Notes under the pieces: generated by a model
What the model was told of the DNA's origin: nothing
Database searches by the model: none
The model's input: only the letters and a program-made list of their open reading frames with translations
Virus record (IMG/VR): IMGVR_UViG_3300021086_000005
Coordinates: 1 to 60,283 of that record
Reading direction: 5' to 3' (one strand)
Source: a virus
Taxonomy: Duplodnaviria; Caudoviricetes
DNA: 60,283 bases
Position numbers and translations under genes: made by a program
Part shown: one piece after another, positions 16,771-26,216 of the stretch
How positions within the stretch are numbered: position 1 is the stretch's first letter
Layout: each line of letters opens with the position of its first letter

Positions 16771-17001
16771 TCAGCCGCTCCGTGGGCGCGGCCTGGTCAG
16801 CCGCCCCGCCTCGTCAGCCGCCTTGAGCGTGCGCCGCACGATCTCGCGGGCCAGGCCAGACCGTTCAGCCAGTGCCATCGTCGGGATCCCGGCGTTCCAG
16901 CCAGCCACGACAGCCTCATGTAGCTCGGTGTACAGGGTGTCGGCGCGCTCCCGGGTGCGCTTCCAGGAGCGGCCGAGTCGCTCAATCTGCTCCTCGTCCA
17001 T
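16771..17001 (-). CDS. Small HTH regulator
   Basis: LHEAVVAGWNAGIPTMALAERSGLAREIVRRTL. Confidence 0.7.
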   Translation of the reverse strand: MDEEQIERLGRSWKRTRERADTLYTELHEAVVAGWNAGIPTMALAERSGLAREIVRRTLKAADEAGRLTRPRPRSG

Positions 17002-17051
17002 GTCCGCATGGTCTCACAACGGCATCGGCCTATCAAATAGGCATATGCCTG

Positions 17052-17080
17052 TTGACACGAGGATGACGTATGCATACGCT
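17052..17080 (+). promoter_or_regulatory. Sigma70-type promoter with related operator sites
   Basis: TTGACA-17-TACGCT; nearby GCCTAT..ATAGGC, AGGCATATGCCT, ATGCATACGCTGTTGGCAT. Confidence 0.8.
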
Positions 17081-17125
17081 GTTGGCATACAGCAAGGGCC
17101 ACGATCTCTGATCGGAGCAGCCGAA

Positions 17126-17566
17126 ATGACGAACTCGATCACCGTCGAACCCCTCAGCCACTACCTGCGCAAGGAGGCCCAGCGCGAGACGGACCCCAAC
17201 CACCTCGCCGTCGTGCACACCCAGTCGCTCGGCACGCTCATCGCGATCGTCGACACCACCGACGACGTCACCGAGGCGTACCGCATCGCCCGCGACTTCG
17301 CGCCCACCGTCGGCGCCGAGGTGCTGATCCGGTCCAGCTACCGGCCCACCGTCGTCGGCAAGGACGTCGCCGCCGTGGTGATCGCCGACCCCCGCAACCA
17401 GCCCACCGGCTGCGACACCTGCACCAACGGCTGCTACTGCGAGATCGGCACCGCTGGCTGCGAGCACTGGGGCTGCTGGGCCAGCCGCGACAAGGCGACC
17501 TGCCCGTCGGCCAAGCCCTACCGGGACGCCCTCTACGTCAAGTACCCCCGCCTGGCCCGTCTCTGA
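17126..17566 (+). CDS. Hypothetical protein with Cys-rich C-terminus
   Basis: GGAG RBS; CDTCTNGCYC...CEHWGC; strong high-GC codon bias. Confidence 0.7.
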   Translation: MTNSITVEPLSHYLRKEAQRETDPNHLAVVHTQSLGTLIAIVDTTDDVTEAYRIARDFAPTVGAEVLIRSSYRPTVVGKDVAAVVIADPRNQPTGCDTCTNGCYCEIGTAGCEHWGCWASRDKATCPSAKPYRDALYVKYPRLARL

Positions 17567-17639
17567 CCTCCCGTGTCGGGCCCGAGTGTGACGGGCCCGG
17601 CGCAGGACGCCAGAGCGCCACGATCCCGAAAGGACCCCG

Positions 17640-17816
17640 ATGGACTCGATCACCACCACCAACCACCTGGGCCAGACCGTGACTCAGGTCCCCGGCCAGC
17701 CCGGCACCGTCACCAACGGCCGCCCCACCGAGCGGGTCGCCATCCACAACCCGGTGACCGTCGACCCGTTCGCCGGCATCCCCGGTGCCTACAACGACGA
17801 GGACGGTGCCCTGTGA
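17640..17816 (+). CDS. 58-aa hypothetical protein
   Basis: GAAAGGA RBS; manual translation. Confidence 0.55.
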   Translation: MDSITTTNHLGQTVTQVPGQPGTVTNGRPTERVAIHNPVTVDPFAGIPGAYNDEDGAL

Positions 17817-18037
17817 ACGCCCTGGACGCGGCGATCGCGGAGACGAGTAACTCCGCCATTGGCGCGACCGTTTCCTTCTTCGAGTACGACTACCGCGGGG
17901 GCGTCGCGGGCGTGCTCTCTGGTGAGGTGATCGGCTACGTCGGCACCCACACGATGCGCATTGAGACGCTGCTGGCTTCCGGGCGCCAGGTGTTCCGTCG
18001 TACGCCAGTCCAACTCGCTCGGGACGGTGCCCTGTGA
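17813..18037 (+). CDS. Hypothetical protein bounded by a 16-bp direct repeat
   Basis: GTGA overlaps; GGACGGTGCCCTGTGA at both ends. Confidence 0.55.
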   Translation: MNALDAAIAETSNSAIGATVSFFEYDYRGGVAGVLSGEVIGYVGTHTMRIETLLASGRQVFRRTPVQLARDGAL

Positions 18038-18276
18038 GCGACGACATCATCCTGTACCGCCTGCCAGAGCAGGCCGAGACGGAGTTCAAGCTCCTGATCG
18101 CCGAGGGCGCGCCGGTCGACTACGCCGCCGAGGGTGCCGCTCGGATCGCGGTCGCCGAGGAACTCCGGATGTTCGTTGCCGAGTTTGAGGCGACGCGCTC
18201 GTCCGGGCTCGGTTACGCCGTGGATGCCCTCCGCGCTCGCGCCAAGTACCTGCACCCGGAAGGGGCCGAGTCGTGA
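18034..18276 (+). CDS. Hypothetical protein (paralog of next gene)
   Basis: RIAVAEELR...LHPEGA. Confidence 0.6.
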   Translation: MSDDIILYRLPEQAETEFKLLIAEGAPVDYAAEGAARIAVAEELRMFVAEFEATRSSGLGYAVDALRARAKYLHPEGAES

Positions 18277-18548
18277 CCGCCTACGAACTGCCCGATCGCG
18301 CGATTGTGCGGCTGGCCGCGTTCCTCATTGGCAAGCCGCTCGGTCCGGAATACCCGGCCGGTGGCGAGGTGACCGAGGTGGCCCGCGAGCTGCTGGACGA
18401 GTCCGTGCGGATCGCCATCGCCGAAGAGTTGCGGGTGCAGGCCGAGGTGCTTGCACAGCGCAAGATCGGGTCGTCGCTGATCGACACGCTGATCTCGATA
18501 TACCGCGAACGGGCCGACCACCTGGACCCGGAAGGGGCAACGAGATGA
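18273..18548 (+). CDS. Hypothetical protein (paralog of previous gene)
   Basis: RIAIAEELR...LDPEGA. Confidence 0.6.
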   Translation: MTAYELPDRAIVRLAAFLIGKPLGPEYPAGGEVTEVARELLDESVRIAIAEELRVQAEVLAQRKIGSSLIDTLISIYRERADHLDPEGATR

Positions 18549-19054
18549 CCGAGTTCCGCCAGATTGACTCAGGCTTCGCGGCATGCGCCGTATGCGACGA
18601 GGTCGTTCCGTTCTGCCGCTCGTTGCAGAAGATGCGCAAACCATGCCCGATCCGCGTCCACGGCCCGCGCGGGAACCGCTGCTCTGGCAGTCATCAGGTT
18701 GGCCGCGACTGGGTCACGGCGAGCCATCTGCCGACATGGGATGAGATGTCCGACCTGGACAAGGGCTGCGCGCTGCTGTTCACGTGGAAGGTTTCGCGGG
18801 AACGGTCCTACATCTACGCCCGCGACAACTACCCAGCGAGCTATCGGGAGCACCCGCTGCTGGTCGCGCTGGACCGCAAGGTGGCTTGCCGGCATGCAAC
18901 GGCGGTGGCCTACGACGGCCGCGACCGCTATCACCCTTGGTTCGTCAGGGCCGACGATGCTGTGACCGAGCGGATTGGCCGCACGGAGTACGACCGGCTG
19001 TATCAGTTGGCGCTCGTCGCCGATCGTGCATGTGTCGGCGGTGAGCCCCGATGA
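18545..19054 (+). CDS. Hypothetical protein with N-terminal Zn-binding motif
   Basis: CAVC...HGPRGNRCSGS. Confidence 0.55.
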   Translation: MTEFRQIDSGFAACAVCDEVVPFCRSLQKMRKPCPIRVHGPRGNRCSGSHQVGRDWVTASHLPTWDEMSDLDKGCALLFTWKVSRERSYIYARDNYPASYREHPLLVALDRKVACRHATAVAYDGRDRYHPWFVRADDAVTERIGRTEYDRLYQLALVADRACVGGEPR

Positions 19055-19446
19055 CCTCGACGCTGCCCGTGTCGGATAGTCGGATACCCACCGACACAAT
19101 GCTGGATTCCCTACCGACGTTGGCCCTGGCGACGGACTGCCCGCGCTGTGTGTGGCGAGACTACGGCGTCCACGGCCTGGGCTACTTCGCAGGCGACTAC
19201 CCGGATCGGATCGACGAGACCGGCCAAGAACTGCTGCGTCCGCTGCTGATCGCGGCGTGGCGTCGGCACGGCTACCACGTGACGCTGCTGTGCCACCACG
19301 ACTGTGCCGCTGACCTGGCGTCCGTGGATGGACCGTCGGACGAGGTGTACGTGGCGGTGCGGCAGGAAGCGGCGGACCGGCTGCCCTACGCCGCTGAGTT
19401 CGCTGAGGCTGCCGACTTGTCCGCCGAGTACCAGCGGGGTGTGTGA
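19051..19446 (+). CDS. Hypothetical protein
   Basis: Overlapping operon member. Confidence 0.55.
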   Translation: MTSTLPVSDSRIPTDTMLDSLPTLALATDCPRCVWRDYGVHGLGYFAGDYPDRIDETGQELLRPLLIAAWRRHGYHVTLLCHHDCAADLASVDGPSDEVYVAVRQEAADRLPYAAEFAEAADLSAEYQRGV

Positions 19447-20138
19447 CTGATGAGCGATCGAGACTACTGAGGGACATCATGACTGCGATCTTGTTCTGCG
19501 ACACCGAAACGACCGGCCTTGCGCTCCACGACGACATCTGGGAGTTCGCGGCGATCCGCCGAGAGACCGACGGCACCGAGACCGAGCACCACCTGTTCAT
19601 CGACCACGACGAGCGGAAGTGCCGCGCCCTGCCGGACTCGTTCCGCGCCGACCACGAACGCCGCTGGCCACGCGACGCCGACGTGACCACGCGACCCGAA
19701 GCGGCTCGCATCATCCACCAACTGACGCAGGATCGACCGCACATCGTCGGTGCGGTCCCGAACTTCGACACCGAACGGCTCTCGATCATGCTCCGCATGT
19801 ACGAATTCGAGCCGAACTGGCACTACCACTTGGTCGACGTCGAGAACTTGGCCGTTGGCTGGCTGGCCGCTCGTGGCCATGCGGTCGCGCTGCCGTGGGA
19901 CTCCGACGCCATCTCTGCGGCCTGCGGTGTGATGGTGCCGATCGAGGAGCGGCACACGGCGATGGGTGATGCCCGTTGGGCACGCGCGCTGTACGACGCG
20001 GTCTGTCTTCCGCGAACCACATTCGGCGGCGATCACCCAGCGGGCTGCACCTGCACATGGTGTGTCCCGACACCGGAGCAGTCCGCTGAGGCGGCCGAGA
20101 TGCTGCGCCGTCCGCAGGTCGAGGGAGGGCCGTTCTAG
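19443..20138 (+). CDS. DnaQ-like (DEDDh) 3'-5' exonuclease
   Basis: FCDTETTGL, GAVPNFD, RHTAMGDA. Confidence 0.85.
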   Translation: MTDERSRLLRDIMTAILFCDTETTGLALHDDIWEFAAIRRETDGTETEHHLFIDHDERKCRALPDSFRADHERRWPRDADVTTRPEAARIIHQLTQDRPHIVGAVPNFDTERLSIMLRMYEFEPNWHYHLVDVENLAVGWLAARGHAVALPWDSDAISAACGVMVPIEERHTAMGDARWARALYDAVCLPRTTFGGDHPAGCTCTWCVPTPEQSAEAAEMLRRPQVEGGPF

Positions 20139-20923
20139 TGGCCACAGCAACCGTTGCCCGTCGCGGCATCACCTTCAATGAGGGCAACCACCGGTACAGC
20201 ATCGACGGCCGGTACGCCACCGCGGTCACCACTGCACTCAAGGGCATTCCGAAGGACGCGCTCGTCCGGTGGGCAGCCAAGACGGTAGCCGAGTATGTGA
20301 CCGACAACATCCACGACGTCAAGCGGATGCTGGACACGTCCGGCGCCGGGTTCACCACGCACTTCCTGACCGAACTGCCGAACCAGAAGCGGGACACCGC
20401 CGCCGTCCGAGGGACCGCGGTGCACGGATTCGCCGAGCGCGTCATCCGAGGCGAGGAAGTCGAGGTGCCCGACCACCTCGTGCCCTACGTCGAGGGCTAC
20501 CTGCACTTCCTGGAGGACTTCGAACCGGTCACCATCCACGAGGAACTCGTTGTCGGCTCGCGGGAGCACATGGTGGCCGGTCGGCTGGACTCGATTCAGC
20601 ACATCCCGGCCTACGGGATGTGCCAGGTGGACTACAAGACCTCGTCCGGGGTGTACGGCGAGCACGCCTTGCAGGTCGCGGCCTATCGGCACATGGAGAT
20701 CTGTGTTGTCGACGGCGAGGAACAACCCAATCCGGTGGTAGACCACACGTTCGTGCTGCACATCATGTCGGGCGAGTACGCCCTGATCCCGGTGCAGGCC
20801 GGCAAGGACGAGTTCGGCCTGTTCCTCACTGCGCTGGCCAACTACCGGCAGAACGTGATGTCCCACCGCCTCAACAAACTGATCGGCGAGCCGGTCGACC
20901 CACCACGCCGGGAGATCGAATGA
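20138..20923 (+). CDS. PD-(D/E)XK recombination exonuclease
   Basis: RGTAVH, AGRLD, VDYKTS, LQVAAY; adjacent to ERF. Confidence 0.85.
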   Translation: MATATVARRGITFNEGNHRYSIDGRYATAVTTALKGIPKDALVRWAAKTVAEYVTDNIHDVKRMLDTSGAGFTTHFLTELPNQKRDTAAVRGTAVHGFAERVIRGEEVEVPDHLVPYVEGYLHFLEDFEPVTIHEELVVGSREHMVAGRLDSIQHIPAYGMCQVDYKTSSGVYGEHALQVAAYRHMEICVVDGEEQPNPVVDHTFVLHIMSGEYALIPVQAGKDEFGLFLTALANYRQNVMSHRLNKLIGEPVDPPRREIE

Positions 20924-21561
20924 ACATTCACGAGGCACTTCTGGTCGTCCGCCGCGAGGTCGGCGCGGTCGGCAAGAACTCCTACAACGACTTCCACAAG
21001 TTCAAGTTCCGGGGTTACGAGGAAGTGCTGAACAAGGTTGGTCCGGCCCTCCTGGCAGCCGGGGTGAACTGCGTCCCGGAATTGAGATCCCTGGAATCCC
21101 GCGATATCACCACCGAGAAGGGCAAGCGGGCACGTGAGGTGACGGTCACGGTGGCCTACCACTACACGGGACCGGAGGGAGACGAGTGGGTGGCGCTCGT
21201 CCCTGGCGAGTCGTCGGACACCGGGTCGTCGGCGGTGTCGAAGGCCATGTCAGTGGCCCTGCGCATCGCCCATATTCAGGCGCTCCAGATCCCTCTCGCG
21301 ATGACCGATCCGGAAGCCGGGTCGATGCAGCGCGCCGACGACCCGATGCGCAAGGTGAAGGACGACATCTGGGCCGAGGCCGAGAAGCAGGGATGGATCG
21401 GTGAGAACGGCGAGTTCGTCCGTCTGTCCGACGAGTTTGCCGAGTGGAGTCGCGGCGAGACTGCTCTGACCGACGCCACGCAGGAGCAGCTCGCGGAGTT
21501 CCTCGTTCATCTGCGTCCCCACAAGAAGATGAGCCGTGCCCGTGGGACCGGTGAGGCATGA
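20920..21561 (+). CDS. ERF-family ssDNA annealing protein
   Basis: VGKNSYNDFHKFKFRG...GESSDTGSSAVSKAMSVALR...DPE. Confidence 0.85.
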   Translation: MNIHEALLVVRREVGAVGKNSYNDFHKFKFRGYEEVLNKVGPALLAAGVNCVPELRSLESRDITTEKGKRAREVTVTVAYHYTGPEGDEWVALVPGESSDTGSSAVSKAMSVALRIAHIQALQIPLAMTDPEAGSMQRADDPMRKVKDDIWAEAEKQGWIGENGEFVRLSDEFAEWSRGETALTDATQEQLAEFLVHLRPHKKMSRARGTGEA

Positions 21562-21905
21562 CCGACAACCCGCTGAACCCGGTGCAGATCGAGCAGGCCA
21601 TTCGGGCCTGCGCCGACCGCATCCACAAGGGCGTCACGATCGTGACCAACGCCGAGGCCGAGTTCCGGCGCACCGACCGCGACTACGACACGGCCTACGC
21701 CAAGGCGTACATGGCGTACGAGGGGCCCGCGCACGAGAAGCGTTACGGGGCCGATCTGAAGACGATGCAGGTCCGCGAGGTGCGCGACGTGGCCGAGTTG
21801 GCGTTCAAGCACGCCGAGCGCACAGCACGAGCCGTCGAGGCCGAGCTGCGCGCGTGGCAGTCGGTGGGCGCGTCCGTGCGCACGATGTACGGGGCCCAGC
21901 AGTGA
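21558..21905 (+). CDS. Actinophage helical hypothetical protein
   Basis: LNPVQIEQAIR...LRAWQSVGASVRTMYG. Confidence 0.7.
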   Translation: MTDNPLNPVQIEQAIRACADRIHKGVTIVTNAEAEFRRTDRDYDTAYAKAYMAYEGPAHEKRYGADLKTMQVREVRDVAELAFKHAERTARAVEAELRAWQSVGASVRTMYGAQQ

Positions 21906-22044
21906 TCCCCGACCGTCGTCACCGTCGCATCCGTGGCTTCCTCGCACACCTCACCTGGCCACTGCGCCGACGTGGCAAGAAGAAGTGGTCCGAGCAGGAC
22001 CAGAACGCGTTCGAGGTCTGGGCCGACGCCAAGCGGGAGACGCC

Positions 22045-22413
22045 GTGACGCCGCAGCGGATTCAGCGTAAGCGCACGAAGGGCTACCGGATGCCCGAAGG
22101 TGCCGTGTACGTCGGCCGCCCGAGCAAGTGGGCCAACCCGTACGGGATCGGCTATGTGGTCAGCGAAACGGGACTGATCCCCCGTCAGTTCACGGTGGAG
22201 TCGCGGGAGCAGGCAGTGGGATTGTTCGCCCGCTGGCTGCACGGGGATGTGTCTGTGGCGCGGTCCGGCTATAACCTGCACCGCTCGCCGCCCGCACTGG
22301 ATGAGATCCGCGCGGAACTGGCCGGGAAGAACCTGGCGTGCTGGTGCTCGTTGGATCAGCCTTGGTGCCACGCGACCGAGCTACTGCGTGTCGCGAACGG
22401 CGGTGCATCGTGA
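22045..22413 (+). CDS. DUF4326 protein
   Basis: PQRIQRKRTKGYRMPEGAVYVGRPSKWANPY...LAGKNLACWC...CHA. Confidence 0.9.
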   Translation: MTPQRIQRKRTKGYRMPEGAVYVGRPSKWANPYGIGYVVSETGLIPRQFTVESREQAVGLFARWLHGDVSVARSGYNLHRSPPALDEIRAELAGKNLACWCSLDQPWCHATELLRVANGGAS

Positions 22414-22913
22414 AGCGTTCCCGTATGCCCGACCGCACCGGTGAGATCGCCAGAACCTCACCGCTGCGCCGGACCCCGCTGGATCGCGGTACCCCGAGAT
22501 TGCGCTCCAGCGGCCCGATCAAGGCCAAGCGGGCAGTCGTCAGCCGCGAGGAGCGGTCGGCGCGGCTGCTCGTCAAGCAGCGGTCTGGCGGCTTGTGCGA
22601 ACTGGTGCTGCCGGGCTGCACCGTCTGGGCCACCGACTGGTGCCACCGCATCGCGCGAGGTCGAGGTGGTCGTTGGACGGCGAGCGATGGTTTGGCCGGC
22701 TGCCGCTCCTGCCACCAGGCCACGACGAACACGAACGGGCGCCGCGCCGAGTACGAGCGGGCCGGGTACATCGTCCGCACGGGTGGTGACACCGCTGCCA
22801 TTCCTGTCCTGATCGGACCGCAGCGGCATCGCGTGCTGCTCACCGACGACGGCCTCTACGACTACCTGCCGACGATTTCGCCGCTGTCCGACTACCAACC
22901 GAAGGGGGCATGA
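22410..22913 (+). CDS. HNH-like nuclease
   Basis: RSGGLCE...C...HRIARGRGG...CRSCH. Confidence 0.7.
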   Translation: MKRSRMPDRTGEIARTSPLRRTPLDRGTPRLRSSGPIKAKRAVVSREERSARLLVKQRSGGLCELVLPGCTVWATDWCHRIARGRGGRWTASDGLAGCRSCHQATTNTNGRRAEYERAGYIVRTGGDTAAIPVLIGPQRHRVLLTDDGLYDYLPTISPLSDYQPKGA

Positions 22914-23230
22914 CCATGACCGCCGACGTCAATGCCGCAGCGATCGTGATCCACGATCATCTGTGCGGCTGCGACCATCCGAACCTATGCCCAGACGTGG
23001 CCGCCGAGCCGTGCATGGATGCGGCGGCGGAAATCCTCGCCTCCCCTGCGGTACCAGCAGACGACGAAGCCGCCAAACGATGTCCATCATGCGAGCACAC
23101 GATGGGCTTTCACCAGCCGGAGGGCTGCTGGTACACGGTCACCGACGGTAAGCCCGGAGGCAATCTCGTATGTGTGTGCGAGGTATCCATCGGCGCTCTT
23201 GCGGCTCTGAGGGAGGGACAGCAGAAGTGA
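22910..23230 (+). CDS. Cys/His-rich hypothetical protein
   Basis: CPSCEH...H...GC...CVC. Confidence 0.55.
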   Translation: MTMTADVNAAAIVIHDHLCGCDHPNLCPDVAAEPCMDAAAEILASPAVPADDEAAKRCPSCEHTMGFHQPEGCWYTVTDGKPGGNLVCVCEVSIGALAALREGQQK

Positions 23231-24051
23231 GCGACGAAGCCGAACGAGAACTCGTCCAGTTGCGGGCGCAGTTGGCGTCGGCGCTCGGCGTCCGGGTGGG
23301 CTCCAATGACACGATGCTCGCGGCTACCAGGCGACTCAGGGACGAGCACGAGAAGTGGGCCGCCGCCATCGCGGAGACAGCGGTCCGACTGTCCGATGCG
23401 GGCTACCACGGCCAGTCGGTCGACTCGGTCACTCGCCTCATTGCCGATCGAGCGGAACTGGCGGCCCGTGTGGACGAACTTCAGGTGGAGCGGGACGACC
23501 TCGACCAGGAGTTGGACGCCGAGCGGATCTCCAAGCCAGCGCTGGCAATGATGCAGAACGCAGACCTACGGCAGTTGTGCACCGCACTGTGGGACCTGTG
23601 CAAGAAGACCACGCGGATCGCGATGGCGGCTCGCTGCAAGGGCTGCCACGACGACGGCAAGGAGCTGGCTGCCCTCCGTGCATCGGCTGTCGTGCTACCC
23701 GAGCACGCCTACGGGCACATCGCCAATGCGCTCGCAGACAGCCCGCACTTGTCCGACATGGAGGTGTTGGCCGCGCTGGGCGTGATCACGAAGCTACTCG
23801 ACTCCTGGCGCCCTGCCACAGTAGAAGCCGCACCGACGGCTGGGATAGCTTTCGCTGACGAACTGTGGCCGCCAGTCACACAGCCGGACCGGGGAGCGCT
23901 GACCGCAGTGCTGGCTTCAGCGATCTGCCGACGCAGCGACCCAAATATGGACGACGGGCTGACGCCGACCATGACTGGAGCCGAGGCCGCCTACTACGTC
24001 GATGCCCTGCTCGCTCGCTACGACATCCGCGAGCGGGGTGAGACGGCATGA
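23227..24051 (+). CDS. Coiled-coil hypothetical protein
   Basis: GGAGG RBS; heptad-like segments. Confidence 0.6.
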   Translation: MSDEAERELVQLRAQLASALGVRVGSNDTMLAATRRLRDEHEKWAAAIAETAVRLSDAGYHGQSVDSVTRLIADRAELAARVDELQVERDDLDQELDAERISKPALAMMQNADLRQLCTALWDLCKKTTRIAMAARCKGCHDDGKELAALRASAVVLPEHAYGHIANALADSPHLSDMEVLAALGVITKLLDSWRPATVEAAPTAGIAFADELWPPVTQPDRGALTAVLASAICRRSDPNMDDGLTPTMTGAEAAYYVDALLARYDIRERGETA

Positions 24052-24248
24052 GCGATCCGACTCAGGAGAACCGCGCCATCCTCATCTCTCAGTTCGCCGC
24101 CGCTGGCGTTTCTGACCCGGACATCGCCGACCGGCTGGGTATCACGCCTGGCTCGGTTGCCTATCTGCGGCGACGGAACGGCATACCGGCCGGCGAGCGC
24201 CGCTGGTTGCCAGTGAGCGAGCCAGAAACGGCGGGTGATCAGTCGTGA
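24048..24248 (+). CDS. Small HTH protein
   Basis: GVSDPDIADRLGITPGSVAYLRRRNGI. Confidence 0.7.
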   Translation: MSDPTQENRAILISQFAAAGVSDPDIADRLGITPGSVAYLRRRNGIPAGERRWLPVSEPETAGDQS

Positions 24249-24535
24249 GCCTCGCCGAGGACCTCGTCACCGTAGCAGCGCAGGCGATCCGGGACGCCTA
24301 CGACGAGGATTGCAACGCGCTGGCAGCCGGACAAGCCGTAGCAGATGGGTGGTGGACATCCGAAGCGCAAGCCGCTGTCGTGGCTGTCCTGAAGCGACTC
24401 GCCGCCAAGCCTGATGGCTACCTACGCCACCAGGAGGACGGCGGCATCACCTACACCCGGACGTTGCGGGAGTTGGCCGCCGAGATCGAATCCGCCGCTT
24501 TGGGTGTCCCACAGGCAGAGAAGCCGCAGCCATGA
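24245..24535 (+). CDS. Hypothetical protein
   Basis: Overlapping operon member. Confidence 0.55.
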   Translation: MSLAEDLVTVAAQAIRDAYDEDCNALAAGQAVADGWWTSEAQAAVVAVLKRLAAKPDGYLRHQEDGGITYTRTLRELAAEIESAALGVPQAEKPQP

Positions 24536-24756
24536 CCGCGCGGGTCACGATTCGCTACCGGAAGGCGCTCGACGGCCGGGAGCCGGCCGAATCGCTGTCG
24601 TCACCCGAGCGGGAGCGGCTGATGCGGGTGCTGTGCGCGCTGGGCTGGACGGATGTCCACATCGCCATGCACACCCTGTGGACCGTCTACACCGTGGTGC
24701 GCATCCGGGAGCGGCTCGGGCTGGTCCAGAACAAGCAGAACACGACCGCCGCATAG
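24532..24756 (+). CDS. Small HTH protein
   Basis: GWTDVHIAMHTLWTVYTVVRIRERLGL. Confidence 0.65.
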   Translation: MTARVTIRYRKALDGREPAESLSSPERERLMRVLCALGWTDVHIAMHTLWTVYTVVRIRERLGLVQNKQNTTAA

Positions 24757-24786
24757 CGCGTCGGTAGCACAGAGAGGAGTCGAGAC

Positions 24787-25224
24787 GTGGCCGTTTCCCG
24801 CCGCCTGCGGTTCGAAGTACTTCGCCGCGATGGCCATGCCTGCCGCTACTGCGGCCGTACGGCTCCCGAAGTCCAGTTGACCATCGACCACGTCATGCCG
24901 GTCACGCTGGGCGGTAACGATGACTTGGCCAACCTGGCCGCGGCCTGCTCGGAGTGCAACTCCGGCAAGGGGTCGACGTCTCCCGACTGTCACCACTGCG
25001 AGGGTGCGCTCAACGACTTCTTCACTGACTTCTTCGGACCAGACAAGTTGGCCGCGGAGACCATCGAGTACTGCGTCGGCGAGGCCGAAGCCCGCGGCGG
25101 ATTCGGGGAGCGATGGCCAGGATGTCCACGATGGATGCTCGCGTTCATGGGGGCCGTCATGGACCAACGCGACACCATCGGTCAACTGGAGTGGTACGCC
25201 GAGCACCCACGGACCGGTGTTTGA
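24787..25224 (+). CDS. HNH endonuclease
   Basis: RRDGHACRYCG...IDHVMP...NLAAACSECNSGK. Confidence 0.9.
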   Translation: MAVSRRLRFEVLRRDGHACRYCGRTAPEVQLTIDHVMPVTLGGNDDLANLAAACSECNSGKGSTSPDCHHCEGALNDFFTDFFGPDKLAAETIEYCVGEAEARGGFGERWPGCPRWMLAFMGAVMDQRDTIGQLEWYAEHPRTGV

Positions 25225-26216
25225 TGGCCCGCTCGTATGCGCGGATCATGACCGCGATCTGGCGGGATGGCGACTTCCTGGCCTTGACCGAGCGCGCCCA
25301 GCGGGTGTTCCTGCTACTGGTCACCCAGCCGGACATCAGCGCGGCGGGCACACTGCCGCTGCGTGCCCGCCGCTGGGCGTCCTACGCCAAGGACTCCACC
25401 GGCGCGAGCCTCGCCGAGGGCCTGAAGGAGTTGGAGCAGGAGCGGTTCATCGTGGCGGACAAGACGACCGAGGAACTGCTCGTCCGGTCGTTCGTGAAGT
25501 GGGACGGCGGCTACGGCAACCGCAAGCGGGTGCCGGTGATCCAGTCGGCCGCGGCGGACGTGACCTCCGATGTGATCCGGAAGGCGCTGCGGATCGAGTT
25601 CGAGAAGGTCGGATTGCCTACCGCCCGACTCGCCGATGCAGTATCCGATAGTGCATCCGATGCCGTATCCGATGGGGCATCGGTGGTCAATCTGGCCGAA
25701 GTTCGTGAGGAACGCCAGGAAGCGCTGTTGTCCCAAGTGGATGCGCTATCGGATGGGATAGCCGATGCGGTAACCCGTTCTGACAGGGTTGTGGGTGGTT
25801 ACGTAAGTTCTTCAGTATCCACAACCCACAACCCACAACCCGTTCCGCCTCCGGCGGGAGCGGACGAGCCGCTCGGCACGCAGGCGATCGTCGCGGACTG
25901 GATCGACGGCTGCCGGAAACGGCCACCACGCAACGTCATCGGCCAGATCTCCAAGCACGTCAAAGCGCTCCTCGAAGAGGGCATCGACCCGGTCGACGTG
26001 CAAGCCGGACTTGCCGAGTGGGCCAGCAGGTCCGGCTTGCACCCATCGACGCTGCCGTCCGTCGTCAACGGCGTCATGAACCGCTCGACCCGGCCGCCAG
26101 TGGCGATTGCGAAGCCGTCCACCACCGATGCCCGCGTAGCCGCCGCGCAAGCCCTCAAGGCCCACTTCGTCACCGAACCCGCACCATTCGCGCTCCCCAC
26201 CGGAGGTGTCTCGTGA
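25224..26216 (+). CDS. Replication initiator protein
   Basis: MARSYARIMTAIWRDGDF...AQRVFLLL N-terminus typical of actinophage initiators; internal iteron-like repeats. Confidence 0.7.
   Translation: MARSYARIMTAIWRDGDFLALTERAQRVFLLLVTQPDISAAGTLPLRARRWASYAKDSTGASLAEGLKELEQERFIVADKTTEELLVRSFVKWDGGYGNRKRVPVIQSAAADVTSDVIRKALRIEFEKVGLPTARLADAVSDSASDAVSDGASVVNLAEVREERQEALLSQVDALSDGIADAVTRSDRVVGGYVSSSVSTTHNPQPVPPPAGADEPLGTQAIVADWIDGCRKRPPRNVIGQISKHVKALLEEGIDPVDVQAGLAEWASRSGLHPSTLPSVVNGVMNRSTRPPVAIAKPSTTDARVAAAQALKAHFVTEPAPFALPTGGVS
25633..25841. repeat. Iteron-like repeats (probable origin) inside initiator gene
   Basis: 12-nt-period (AT)CCGAT repeats 25633-25675, inverted ATCGG copies, ACAACCC x3 at 25821-25841. 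Confidence 0.6.

Noticed and set aside
16304-17125. 420-aa ORF 16304..17566
   Set aside because: The upstream part crosses two opposite-strand genes and promoters; real start is ATG 17126.
20138-20923. Cas4
   Set aside because: No Fe-S cysteine pattern; ERF neighbour indicates a recombination exonuclease.
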